DNA from: Candidatus Binatia bacterium
GTDB taxonomy: Bacteria; Desulfobacterota; Binatia; UTPRO1
Length of the DNA stretch: 64,000 nucleotides
Assembly: GCA_036496285.1 (NCBI GenBank)
Contig: DASXLI010000055.1
Coordinates: 3,692 to 67,691 of the forward strand
Reading direction: 5' to 3'
The notes under the pieces: model-generated
The model's database searches: none
What the model saw: the letters and a program-made list of their open reading frames with translations, nothing else
Told to the model about the DNA's origin: nothing
Part shown: positions 1 through 8,546 of the stretch, in pieces
Position numbering within the stretch: position 1 is the first letter of the stretch
Layout of the letters: every line of letters begins with the position of its first letter
Translations under genes and position numbers: made by a program

Positions 1-561
1 TTCTACTTCTACCTGCGCTATCGCCTGAACCTCCTCGACATCGAGCGTGCCCTTGAGCGCTCGAGCGAGTGGATTCGTGGCCGCTCCGAGGCCGAGATCG
101 CGACGCACTGCCGCGAGTGGTATCGCGACATGGTGCGCTGCCACCTCCAGCCGGAGATGGTCCGGCGTGTGCACGCGCATCGGGCGCAGGGGCACCTCGT
201 CGCGCTCCTCTCCAGCACGACGAACTACCTCGCCGAGCCGCTCGCCGAGGAGCTCGGCATCGAGCACTTGCTGGTATCGCGCCTCGTCGTGCGCGACGGC
301 CGCTTCACGGGCGAAGCGCACAAGCCGATCTGCTTCGGTGACGGCAAGCTCTACTGGGCGCGCCGTTTCGCCGCGGAGCACGGGGTGGACTTCGCGCAGA
401 GCTACTTCTACACGGACTCCGTGACCGACGTGCCGATGCTCGAGATCGTCGGCAACCCGCAGGTGGTGAACCCCGACCCGTTGCTGCGCCGGGTGGCGCG
501 GCAGCGCGGCTGGCAGGTGATGTACCTTCGGCCCGACGCGCCCGTCGCGCAGAGCGCCTGA
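1..561 (+). CDS. HAD-IB family hydrolase (phosphoserine phosphatase-like), 5' end truncated by the window edge
   Basis: The open frame runs from position 1 (FYFYLRYRLN...) in the same frame as the listed ORF 130..561. HAD-IB-like motifs (GDGKLYWARRFAAEHGVD...FYTDSVTDVPMLE) are present. Confidence 0.65.
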   Translation, partial: FYFYLRYRLNLLDIERALERSSEWIRGRSEAEIATHCREWYRDMVRCHLQPEMVRRVHAHRAQGHLVALLSSTTNYLAEPLAEELGIEHLLVSRLVVRDGRFTGEAHKPICFGDGKLYWARRFAAEHGVDFAQSYFYTDSVTDVPMLEIVGNPQVVNPDPLLRRVARQRGWQVMYLRPDAPVAQSA

Positions 562-563
562 CC

Positions 564-866
564 ATGGCCCGGCGAGCGGCGCGGCGGGGAGGGGGAGGCT
601 GGTGGATCGTGGTCACGCTCGTCGCGCTCGCCTTCGCGTTCTGGTGGCTGCGGGCGCGGCGTGTGGAGGCGCCGGCGCCACCGGCCTTCACGACCGGCCA
701 GCCGGGAATGCAGGCGGCGCCGGGCGGTGCCGGCGCGCCAGGCGGTGCCGCCGCGGCGGGCGGTGCGGGCGCGGCGGGCGGCGACGCCGACGAGATCACC
801 CAGCCCGAGAAGCGGGAGCTCGACCGCGTCCTGCGCGAGCGCGGCGCCGACCCCGCGGCGCGCTGA
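564..866 (+). CDS. small hypothetical membrane protein (single TM helix, Ala/Gly/Pro-rich linker, charged C-terminus)
   Basis: ATG 3 bp after the upstream stop. Hydrophobic segment WWIVVTLVALAFAFWWL, then a non-random C-terminus EITQPEKRELDRVLRERG. Could alternatively be non-coding leader. Confidence 0.35.
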   Translation: MARRAARRGGGGWWIVVTLVALAFAFWWLRARRVEAPAPPAFTTGQPGMQAAPGGAGAPGGAAAAGGAGAAGGDADEITQPEKRELDRVLRERGADPAAR

Positions 867-869
867 CCG

Positions 870-1730
870 GTGCCGCAACGGCCCGGCCAGGCTGACGCGC
901 ACGTCGACGACGCGGGCCGGACGTTCGTCCTCGCGGCGCCGCCGCGCCGGATCGTCTCGCTCGTCCCGAGCCTCACCGAGCTGCTGTTCGAGCTCGGCGC
1001 CGGCGAGGCGGTGATCGGCGTCACCCGCTACTGTACCGAGCCGCCGCACCGGGTCGCGCCCCTGGCGAAGCTCGGCGGTACGAAGAATCCCGACCTCGAG
1101 GCGCTGGTCGCTCTCGGCCCCGACCTCGTCGTCATGAACGCGGAGGAGAATCGCCGCGAGGACTTCGAGGCGCTCGCGGGGGGCGGCGTGCCCGTCTACG
1201 TGACCGAGCCGAAGACGGTCGCGGACGGCATCCGGCTGATCGCCCGCCTCGGCGCGCTGGTCGGGTGCTCCGAGGTCGCGACGCGGCTCGCGGCGGCGCA
1301 GCAAGCCGCGCTGGACGCCGTGCGCGCGCGCCTGCAGGGCGCGACGCCGGTCCGGTACTTCTGTCCGATCTGGCGGAAGCCGTGGATGGCATTCAACGCC
1401 GACACCTACGCGCACGACGTCCTGGCCGTCGCCGGCGGCGCGAACGTGACGGGCGACGCCGCCGCGCGCTATCCGGAGGTGACGCTCGACGCGATCGCGG
1501 CGGCGCGGCCCGAGGTCGTCCTGCTCCCCGACGAGCCCTACCGCTTCACCGCGCGCGACCTGCCCGCGCTCGCCGGGCTCGACGCGACCGCGGCGCTGCG
1601 CGGCGGCCACGTGCGCTTCGTCGACGGCAAGGCGCTCGCCTGGTACGGTCTTCGCATCGCCGACGCGGTCGCGACGTTCGCACGCGTTTTTGCCGAGGCG
1701 CGCCCGATTGCGCGCGGCGTGGACGGGTAG
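870..1730 (+). CDS. BtuF-like / helical-backbone metal-receptor substrate-binding protein (cobalamin or Fe-siderophore binding fold), no signal peptide
   Basis: RIVSLVPSLTELLFELG...VIGVT and DLVVM... periplasmic binding protein class III pattern. GTG start. No N-terminal hydrophobic signal and no cognate permease or ATPase adjacent. Confidence 0.7.
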   Translation: MPQRPGQADAHVDDAGRTFVLAAPPRRIVSLVPSLTELLFELGAGEAVIGVTRYCTEPPHRVAPLAKLGGTKNPDLEALVALGPDLVVMNAEENRREDFEALAGGGVPVYVTEPKTVADGIRLIARLGALVGCSEVATRLAAAQQAALDAVRARLQGATPVRYFCPIWRKPWMAFNADTYAHDVLAVAGGANVTGDAAARYPEVTLDAIAAARPEVVLLPDEPYRFTARDLPALAGLDATAALRGGHVRFVDGKALAWYGLRIADAVATFARVFAEARPIARGVDG

Positions 1731-1793
1731 CGACGATCATCTCTTGCGTTTTGCGCCGCCGGCGCGCATAGAAACCGCCGCCCGGGTTGGGGT

Positions 1794-3218
1794 GTGGTGA
1801 TGGCCTCGATCGAAGAAAACCTCCGCAAGATTCCGCCGCAGAACCTCGAAGCCGAGGAGTTCGTCCTCGGCGGCATCCTGCTCGACAACGACGCGTGCAA
1901 CCGCGCCGTCGAGGTCGGTCTCCGCGCCGACGACTTCTACCGCGAGGCGCACCGCAAGATCTTCGCGGCGATGCTCGAGCTCGGCGAGCACGGCTCCGCG
2001 GTCGACGCGGTCACGCTCGCGGAGGCGCTCCGCAAGCAGGGGCAGCTCCAGGCGATCGGCGGCGCGTCCTTCATCGCCGAGCTCACCGAGCGCGTTCCGA
2101 GCGCTGCCAACGTCGCCCACCACGCGAAAATCGTCAAGGAAAAGGCGATCTTGCGCGGGATGATCTCGGTCTCCACCGAGATCGCGACCCAGGCCTTCGA
2201 GGGGCGGACGGACGTCGAGCAGTTCCTCGACCAGGCCGAGAGCAAGATCTTCCAGATCGCCGAGCAGAAGTTCAAGCCGTCGTTCTACAAGGTGCGCGAT
2301 CTGCTCGTGCAGTCGTTGAAGGACGTCGAGCGGCTCTACGAGCGCAAGGAGCTCATCACCGGCGTGCCGACGGGCTTCCACGATCTCGACCGTTTGACGG
2401 CCGGCCTGCAGCGCTCCGATCTCATCATCGTCGCGGGACGTCCGGGCATGGGCAAGACGGCGCTGGCGCTCAACATCGGCACCTATGCCGCGCTGCAGGC
2501 GAACATCGCGGTCGCGATCTTCTCGCTCGAAATGTCGAAGGAGCAGCTCGTGCTGCGCATGTTGTGCTCGGAAGCGCTCATCAACTACGCGAGCGTGCGC
2601 TCCGGCCACCTGCGCGAGCAGGAGTTCACCAAGCTCACCAAGGCGGCGGGCCGCCTGTGGGAGGCGCAGATCTTCATCGACGACACGGCGGGCCTCTCCG
2701 TGCTCGAGCTGCGCGCCAAGGCCCGGCGGCTGATGCGCGAGACGAACGGCGCGCTCGGCCTGATCGTCGTCGACTACCTGCAGCTCATGCGCGGCTCCGG
2801 CCGCAGCGACTCGCGCGAGCAGGAGATCTCCGAGATCTCGCGCTCCTTGAAGGGGCTCGCCAAGGAGATGAGCATTCCGATCGTCGCGCTCTCGCAGCTG
2901 AACCGCCAGGTCGAAGGGCGCGCCGACCGCCGGCCGCTGATGGCGGATCTCCGCGAGTCGGGGGCGATCGAGCAGGACGCGGACGTCATCGTCTTCGTCT
3001 ATCGCGAGGCCGTCTACAACCGCGAGCTCGCGAACACGCCCGAGGAGAACGACGCCGAGATCATCATCGCCAAGCAGCGCAACGGTCCGACCGACACCGT
3101 GCGGGTCGTCTTCCGCAAGGAGTTCATGCGCTTCGAGGACCACGCGCTGCCGGGCGACGAGGCGTACATGGTCGAGGGGCCGCCGCGCGACGACCTCGAC
3201 CTGCTGCCGGAGCCCTGA
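1794..3218 (+). CDS. dnaB: replicative DNA helicase DnaB
   Basis: N-terminal DnaB domain (LGGILLDNDA..., FYREAHRKIF). Walker A GRPGMGKTALALNIG. RecA-like C-terminal domain (VVDYLQLM, SQLNRQVE). Probable true start ATG at 1800. Confidence 0.95.
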   Translation: MVMASIEENLRKIPPQNLEAEEFVLGGILLDNDACNRAVEVGLRADDFYREAHRKIFAAMLELGEHGSAVDAVTLAEALRKQGQLQAIGGASFIAELTERVPSAANVAHHAKIVKEKAILRGMISVSTEIATQAFEGRTDVEQFLDQAESKIFQIAEQKFKPSFYKVRDLLVQSLKDVERLYERKELITGVPTGFHDLDRLTAGLQRSDLIIVAGRPGMGKTALALNIGTYAALQANIAVAIFSLEMSKEQLVLRMLCSEALINYASVRSGHLREQEFTKLTKAAGRLWEAQIFIDDTAGLSVLELRAKARRLMRETNGALGLIVVDYLQLMRGSGRSDSREQEISEISRSLKGLAKEMSIPIVALSQLNRQVEGRADRRPLMADLRESGAIEQDADVIVFVYREAVYNRELANTPEENDAEIIIAKQRNGPTDTVRVVFRKEFMRFEDHALPGDEAYMVEGPPRDDLDLLPEP

Positions 3219-3238
3219 GCGCGCCGGGCGCGGGCGGT

Positions 3239-3892
3239 TCAGCCGGCGACGGCGAGCAGCTCGGCCGTCGCCCGCGCCACGTCGGGCGCGCGCACCACGG
3301 CGGCGATCACGCTGACCGCGTCGGCGCCCGCATCGAGCACCTCGCGCATGGTCGCCGCGGTGATGCCGCCGATCGCGACGACGGGCTCCGCGACGCGCGG
3401 GCGGGCGCTGTGCAGCACGGCCGGACCGATCACCGGGTCCGCCTTGGCCTTGCTCGTGGTCGCGAAGATCGGCCCGAGCGAGAGGTAGTCGGCACCGCAC
3501 CCCGACGCCGCCTCGAGCTGCGCCTCGCTGTGGGTCGAGAAGCCGATCCAGCGCTCGGGCCCGAGGAGCGCGCGGGCGGCCGCGATCGGCAGGTCGTCTT
3601 GCCCGAGGTGCACGCCGTCGGCCTCCACGGCGAGCGCGACGTCGATCCGGTCGTTCACGACGAAGCGCGCGCCGGCGGCAGCGGTCAGCTCGCGCAGCCG
3701 CCGGGCGATCGCGACCAGCTCGCCGCTCGCCGCGTGCTTCAGGCGGAGCTGCAGCAGGCGGGCGCCGCCCGCCAGCATGGCGCGCCCGAGCTCGACCGGG
3801 TCGCGGCCGGTGTCGAGTGGATCGACGATGCAATAGACGCGCGAGGGCAGGACGATCGGCGCGCGCGCCGCTGGCGGCGCCGGGCGGCTCAC
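3239..3892 (-). CDS. thiE: thiamine-phosphate synthase ThiE
   Basis: TMP-TENI fold motifs (VNDRIDVALAVEADGVHLGQDDL, GADYLSLGPIFATTSK, AIGGI). Start overlaps the ntrC stop (ATGA). Confidence 0.85.
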   Translation of the reverse strand: MSRPAPPAARAPIVLPSRVYCIVDPLDTGRDPVELGRAMLAGGARLLQLRLKHAASGELVAIARRLRELTAAAGARFVVNDRIDVALAVEADGVHLGQDDLPIAAARALLGPERWIGFSTHSEAQLEAASGCGADYLSLGPIFATTSKAKADPVIGPAVLHSARPRVAEPVVAIGGITAATMREVLDAGADAVSVIAAVVRAPDVARATAELLAVAG

Positions 3893-5316
3893 TTGCTGCC
3901 GCGCGGCACCGCGATGCCGAGCGAGGTGATCTTCTTCCGCAGCGTGTTGCGGTTGATGCCGAGGAGATCGGCGGCGCGCAGCTGATTGCCGCCGGTCTGC
4001 TCGAGGATGAGCTCGATGAGCGGCCGCTCGACCGCCGCGACCACCGCCGCGTGCAGCTCCTTGGCCGGACGCTCCGGATCCTGCACCAGCGCCGCGACGG
4101 CGCTCCGCAGCGTGTCGGCGAGCGAGCCGCTGAGCGGCGGCGGCGGCGCGGCGTCGGAGAGCGAGAGGTCCTCCGGCGTCAACGTCCGGCCGGGCGCCAT
4201 GACCGCGGCGCGCAGCAGGCAGTTCTCGAGCTCGCGCACGTTCCCCGGCCAGGGGTGGCGGATCAGATTCTCCTCTGCCTCGGGCGCGATCGCCGCGATG
4301 TCGGTGCCCATCTCCGCGTTGATCTTGCTGAGGAAGTGGCGGATCAGCTCCGGGATGTCACCGCGCCGCTCGCGCAGCGGCGGCACCGTGATCGGGACGA
4401 CCTTCAAGCGGAAGAAGAGGTCCTCGCGGAAGCGCCCCTCGCGCACCGCCCGCTCGAGGCTCTGATTCGTCGCGGCGATGATGCGGGCGTTCGCCTTCAT
4501 CACCTGCGTGCTGCCGACCCGGCTGAACTCGCGCTCCTGCAGCACGCGCAGCAGCTTCACCTGCAGTTCGATCGGCATGTCGCCGACCTCGTCGAGGAAG
4601 AGCGTGCCGCCCGAGGCAGTCTCGAAGCGGCCGGCGCGGCGCTCGGTCGCGCCGGTGAACGCGCCGCGCTCGTGTCCGAAGAGCTCGCTCTCGAGGAGAT
4701 CGCGCGGGATGGCGGAGCAGTTGAGCGCGACGAACGGGCCGCTCCAGCGCGTCGAGTGGAAGTGGATCGCGCGCGCGATCAGCTCCTTGCCGGTGCCGCT
4801 CTCGCCCTCGATCAGCACCGTCGCGTCGCTCTTGGCGACCCGGCCGATCGTCTTGAAGATCTCCTGCATCGCGCTGCTGGTGCCGACCAGCGTGACGCCG
4901 GGCTCGTAGCGACCACCGACCTCGTGACGGATGCGCCCAACGGTGCGCGTCAGCTCGTGCATCTCGGCCGCGCGGGTGACGAGCGCGCGTACCTCGTCGA
5001 GGTCGAAGGGCTTGGTGAGATAGTTGAAGGCGCCGCGCTTCATCGCCTCGATCGCGTTCGCCATCGTGTTCTGGGCGGTGATCATGATGACGATGAGCCC
5101 CGGATCGGTGCCGCGCACGCGCTCCAGCACGTCGAGGCCGCTCATGTCGGGCATGCGGATGTCGAGGATGGCGACGTCGAAGTCGCCACCGGTAAGCGCG
5201 GCGAGTGCGTCGCCGCCGGTTGCCACGGTCTGCACCTCGTGGCCCGTCTGCGCCAGCGCGGTGCCGAGCACCATGCGGATGGATTCCTCGTCGTCGGCGA
5301 TGAGAACGCGTGCCAT
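3889..5316 (-). CDS. ntrC: sigma-54-dependent response regulator (NtrC family: receiver + AAA+ with GAFTGA + Fis-type HTH)
   Basis: Receiver domain (LIADDEESIR...ILDIRMPDMSGLDV). AAA+ domain GESGTGKE and the GAFTGA loop (ERGAFTGA). C-terminal HTH (LGINRNTLRKKI). Symbol assigned by family resemblance only. Confidence 0.85.
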   Translation of the reverse strand: MARVLIADDEESIRMVLGTALAQTGHEVQTVATGGDALAALTGGDFDVAILDIRMPDMSGLDVLERVRGTDPGLIVIMITAQNTMANAIEAMKRGAFNYLTKPFDLDEVRALVTRAAEMHELTRTVGRIRHEVGGRYEPGVTLVGTSSAMQEIFKTIGRVAKSDATVLIEGESGTGKELIARAIHFHSTRWSGPFVALNCSAIPRDLLESELFGHERGAFTGATERRAGRFETASGGTLFLDEVGDMPIELQVKLLRVLQEREFSRVGSTQVMKANARIIAATNQSLERAVREGRFREDLFFRLKVVPITVPPLRERRGDIPELIRHFLSKINAEMGTDIAAIAPEAEENLIRHPWPGNVRELENCLLRAAVMAPGRTLTPEDLSLSDAAPPPPLSGSLADTLRSAVAALVQDPERPAKELHAAVVAAVERPLIELILEQTGGNQLRAADLLGINRNTLRKKITSLGIAVPRGSK

Positions 5317-5318
5317 GG

Positions 5319-6509
5319 TCAGTGCTGTCCGCCGGCGCCGGCCACCGGAAGGCGTACGCGGAAGCGCGTGCCGCGGCCGAGCTCGCTGTCGACCGTGATG
5401 GTGCCGCCGTGCTGGGCGACCAGGTGCTCGGTCACTGCGAGACCGAGCCCGGTGCCGTTGTTCTTGGTGGTGAAGAAGGGCGCGAAGATGCGCTCGCAGT
5501 CCTCCTGGGAGATGCCGGAGCCGGTGTCCTCGATGTCGACCGACAGGAACTGCCCGCGGTCACGGGCGGCGTGCCGGACGTGGAAATCGGTCTCAATGCG
5601 GGTGGTGATCGTGAGCGTCCCCGAGCCGCCGAGCGCCTCGATCGCGTTCTTCACCAGGTTCAGGAAGACCTGATGCAGCTGCGCCTCGTCGGCCCAGATC
5701 TCCGGGAGGCTCGGGTCGAAGACGAGGCGGACAGTGAGCGCCGCATCGGTGGCGGCGCGCTGGAGGGCCATCACCTCGTTCAGCACGCGGTGGACGTTGA
5801 CGGCGGCGAGGCGCAGGCGCGGCGGCCGGGTCAGCTCGAGCAGCTGCTCGAGCAGTCCCGACACGCGGTCGACCTCGCGCGTGATGAGCGCGGTGAAGCG
5901 CGCGCCGTTGGCATCGCTGCCGATCTCCTCGGCGAGGAGCTGCGCCGCGCCCTTGATGCCGCCGAGCGGGTTCTTGATCTCGTGCGCCAGGCCGGCGGCG
6001 ACCGCGGCGAGATTGGCGGCGCGGTTGCCGCGCTCGCCCGGATCGGGCAGCGAGCGCTGCGCAGTCATGTCGCGGAAGAGGAGCAGGGTGCCGACGACCG
6101 TGCCGAGCGCGTCGAGGATCGGTGCGGCGATCAACTGTACGGCGGTGCGCCTGCCGAACGGCGAGACGAGCTCACCGGCGTCGCTCGTGCGGCGCGCCTC
6201 ACCGAGCCGGAGTGCATTGGCCGTGTCGCTGATCCACGGATTGCCGAAGAACGCCCGCTCGGCGCTCCGGCCGGTCGACTGGGCCGCCGACACGCCGGTC
6301 AGGTCCTCGGCGCGCGGACTGACGAACGTGACACGCCCCTCGAGGTCGAGGAGCACGAGGCCGTCGCCGAGGCTCGCGAGCACGTCCTCGGAGTGGGTCG
6401 CGAGGAAGGCGTTGCCGGCCGACATCGCAGGCGGCGCGGTACCGCTCGCGGCGGCCGAGACGGCCTTGGATTTGGCGGCAGAAGCCATGCGCTCGACGCA
6501 GCGTATCAT
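5319..6509 (-). CDS. ntrB: PAS-domain sensor histidine kinase (NtrB-like), cognate of the downstream sigma-54 regulator
   Basis: H-box HEIKNPLGGIKGAAQLL, a HATPase_c region (DTGSGISQED...GTGLGL) and an N-terminal PAS domain. Located 3 bp upstream of the regulator gene. Confidence 0.8.
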   Translation of the reverse strand: MIRCVERMASAAKSKAVSAAASGTAPPAMSAGNAFLATHSEDVLASLGDGLVLLDLEGRVTFVSPRAEDLTGVSAAQSTGRSAERAFFGNPWISDTANALRLGEARRTSDAGELVSPFGRRTAVQLIAAPILDALGTVVGTLLLFRDMTAQRSLPDPGERGNRAANLAAVAAGLAHEIKNPLGGIKGAAQLLAEEIGSDANGARFTALITREVDRVSGLLEQLLELTRPPRLRLAAVNVHRVLNEVMALQRAATDAALTVRLVFDPSLPEIWADEAQLHQVFLNLVKNAIEALGGSGTLTITTRIETDFHVRHAARDRGQFLSVDIEDTGSGISQEDCERIFAPFFTTKNNGTGLGLAVTEHLVAQHGGTITVDSELGRGTRFRVRLPVAGAGGQH

Positions 6510-6535
6510 GTACGGAAAGGGTCTGCACCGTTGCG

Positions 6536-6564
6536 TTGACAGGGCGGGGAGCGGTGCCTAACCT
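6536..6564 (+). promoter_or_regulatory. candidate sigma-70-type promoter (TTGACA -17 nt- TAACCT) immediately upstream of ispF, implying a leaderless or very short-leader transcript
   Basis: TTGACA at 6536-6541 and TAACCT at 6559-6564 with 17-nt spacing. The GTG start is at 6571. It sits in the divergent ntrB/ispF intergenic region. Confidence 0.25.
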
Positions 6565-6570
6565 CGCGAC

Positions 6571-7050
6571 GTGCCAGGGCGCATCGGACAGGGTTTCGAC
6601 ATCCACCCGCTCGTCCCGGGACGCCGGCTCATCCTCGGAGGGGTCGAGATTCCGCACGGACGCGGCCTCGACGGCCACTCCGACGCCGATGCCGCCCTGC
6701 ATGCCCTGACCGATGCCCTCCTCGGCGCGATCGGGGCAGGGGACATCGGCCGCCACTTCCCGGACGCCGATGCCCGGCACAAGGACCGGGTGAGCAGCGA
6801 TTTCGTCCGCGAAGCGATGGCGAAGGTACGGGCGCTCGGCTGGCGCGTCGCCAACGCGGACGTGACCATCCTGGCTGAGGAGCCGCGCCTCGCCCCCTAT
6901 CTCGACCGCATGCGGAGCAACGTCGCCGAGCTCCTCGGGGTCGCGCCCGACGCCGCCAACGTGAAGGCGACGCGCGGCGAGAGGCTCGGGACGATCGGCC
7001 GCGCCGAGGGCATTGCGGCCCAGGCCGTCGTCCTCCTGGAGAAGAGCTGA
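6571..7050 (+). CDS. ispF: 2-C-methyl-D-erythritol 2,4-cyclodiphosphate synthase IspF
   Basis: Motifs GFDIHPL, GHSDADAALHALTDALLGA and GDIGRHFPD. Length about 159 aa. Confidence 0.9.
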   Translation: MPGRIGQGFDIHPLVPGRRLILGGVEIPHGRGLDGHSDADAALHALTDALLGAIGAGDIGRHFPDADARHKDRVSSDFVREAMAKVRALGWRVANADVTILAEEPRLAPYLDRMRSNVAELLGVAPDAANVKATRGERLGTIGRAEGIAAQAVVLLEKS

Positions 7051-7427
7051 TGCAGACCTACGAGGGCGGCTGCCACTGCGGCCGCGTGCGTTTTCGTGTG
7101 ACGGCGTCGCTCGATCGGGTGTCCGAGTGCAACTGCTCGATGTGCACCAAGAAGGGCTTCCTGCACCTGATCGTCGCCCCAGAGCAGTTCGAGCTCGTCT
7201 CGGGTGCGGACGTGCTCGCGACCTACGAGTTCAACACCAAGGTCGCGAAGCACCGCTTCTGCCGCATCTGCGGCATGCATCCGTTCTACACGCCGCGCTC
7301 CGACCCGGACAAGATCGACGTCAACGTGCGCTGCCTCGACGACGTCGATCCGTCGTCGCTCGCGGTTTCACGCTTCGACGGACGGCACTGGGAGCAGTCG
7401 ATGCAGGGCCGGGTGCCCTGGCGCTGA
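7050..7427 (+). CDS. GFA family protein (glutathione-dependent formaldehyde-activating / CENP-V-like Zn-binding domain)
   Basis: Cys pattern CHCG...CNCSMC...CRICGMHP. About 125 aa. Start overlaps the ispF stop. Confidence 0.75.
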   Translation: MQTYEGGCHCGRVRFRVTASLDRVSECNCSMCTKKGFLHLIVAPEQFELVSGADVLATYEFNTKVAKHRFCRICGMHPFYTPRSDPDKIDVNVRCLDDVDPSSLAVSRFDGRHWEQSMQGRVPWR

Positions 7428-7435
7428 GCGACCGT

Positions 7436-7837
7436 TCAGTCGTCGTCCGCGCCGCCGCCGCCATCCGCGTCGCCGCTGTCCGCGTCGTCGCCGCCGCAGC
7501 CATCCGAGCCGGAGAGGTCCTCGCCCGACTCGACGCCCTCGACCATCTGCTCGAGCTCGTCGCCGCCGAGCTCGTCGCCGAGCTCGCTGCCCATGCGGCG
7601 CATCCAGCGGCCGACGCTCTTCGGGTCGGCATCGTCGAGGCCGCCGAGCGACGACGGGTCGCTGAGGGCGTCGAGGCGGGCCTCCTCGGAGCGCGGCATC
7701 GCGAAGCGCGACATCAGCCGCTCGAGCGCGGTGCTGCCGCACTTGTCGCACGTCGGCTGCACCTCTTCACCCACCCGTAGCGTGAGGACGGTCACCCGCT
7801 TGCGGCACGCCGTGCACCGGTACTCGTAGAGCGGCAC
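7436..7837 (-). CDS. FmdB-family zinc-ribbon regulatory protein with long poly-acidic Gly/Asp/Ser C-terminal tail
   Basis: GTG start giving VPLYEYRCTACRKRVTVL...CDKCGS (CxxC...CxxC FmdB ribbon). The listed ORF 7436..8020 is extended upstream; the start was trimmed to the conserved N-terminus. Confidence 0.65.
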   Translation of the reverse strand: MPLYEYRCTACRKRVTVLTLRVGEEVQPTCDKCGSTALERLMSRFAMPRSEEARLDALSDPSSLGGLDDADPKSVGRWMRRMGSELGDELGGDELEQMVEGVESGEDLSGSDGCGGDDADSGDADGGGGADDD

Positions 7838-7907
7838 GGCACGATCATAGCCGAGCACGCTCGGACCGCCAACGAGGACTTGAACTCCCGGGGCGGACGC
7901 ACGTAGC

Positions 7908-8546
7908 ATGCGGCCCCTGCATGCGGGACGGGCGGTGACGCGAGACGAGGCGGGCGCGCTGCGCGCGCTCGAGATCGGCCTTTCCCGACGCGAGCTCCTG
8001 CGGACGGGCTTCGGCGGCATGCTGCTCCTCGCGTTCGGCGCCGTATTGCCGTCCGGCTGCCAGACCTACTCGCCGATCGCCCGGCCGCTCAAGTTCCTCT
8101 CGCGCAAGGAGTTTGCCGTCGTGACCCGGGCCGCCGTCCGCATCCTCGGCCTCCCCGACGACCGCGGCGACGAGATCGGCGGCTTCATCGACAATCTCCT
8201 CGCCGACCTGCCGCCCAGGACGCAGCGCCAGGCACGGCTCATGCTCCGTGTCGTCGAGCACGGCACCCACCTCTTCGACCTGAAGCCGAAGCGCTTCACC
8301 CGGCTCTCACCGGCGGAGCAGGACACGTATCTCCAGGGCTGGATGGAGAGCAGCCTGGGCGCGCGCCGTATCGTGTTCCGCGCCCTCAAGACGCTCGCGG
8401 CGCTCGGCTACTACGCGCAGCCGTCGTCGTGGGAGGCGGTCGGCTACGACGGCCCGTGGCTCGGGCGTGTCGACGTCGCGTCGGACTTCACGCACGAGGA
8501 GCCGGTGTCGCTCGCGACGGTGCGCGCGCGGCTCGCGCCGCGATGA
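7908..8546 (+). CDS. TAT-signal small subunit (gluconate 2-dehydrogenase subunit 3 family) partnering the GMC oxidoreductase
   Basis: Twin-arginine motif SRRELLRTGFGG followed by a hydrophobic region. About 210 aa. Stop overlaps the downstream GMC start (ATGA). Confidence 0.65.
   Translation: MRPLHAGRAVTRDEAGALRALEIGLSRRELLRTGFGGMLLLAFGAVLPSGCQTYSPIARPLKFLSRKEFAVVTRAAVRILGLPDDRGDEIGGFIDNLLADLPPRTQRQARLMLRVVEHGTHLFDLKPKRFTRLSPAEQDTYLQGWMESSLGARRIVFRALKTLAALGYYAQPSSWEAVGYDGPWLGRVDVASDFTHEEPVSLATVRARLAPR

Noticed and set aside
562-870. Possible cobalamin riboswitch upstream of the BtuF-like binding-protein gene.
   Set aside because: No convincing B12-box (GCCACTG-type) or conserved riboswitch core was found. 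The region is fully occupied by an ATG-initiated ORF with a plausible TM helix.
305-3985. Long antisense or alternative-frame ORFs rich in Arg/Ala/Pro/Gly. Examples are 305..1024(-), 408..1610(-), 1737..3833(-) and 1787..3985(+). Many similar ones occur elsewhere: 10103..11599(+), 12129..14390(+), 17248..19560(+), 22327..23964(-), 25079..26428(-), 30919..33075(+), 42212..44500(-).
   Set aside because: They overlap well-supported genes on the other strand or frame (dnaB, spoVR, prkA, ACAD, eboF, opgH and others). They have low-complexity high-GC composition with no motifs. This is the classic 70%-GC shadow-ORF artefact.
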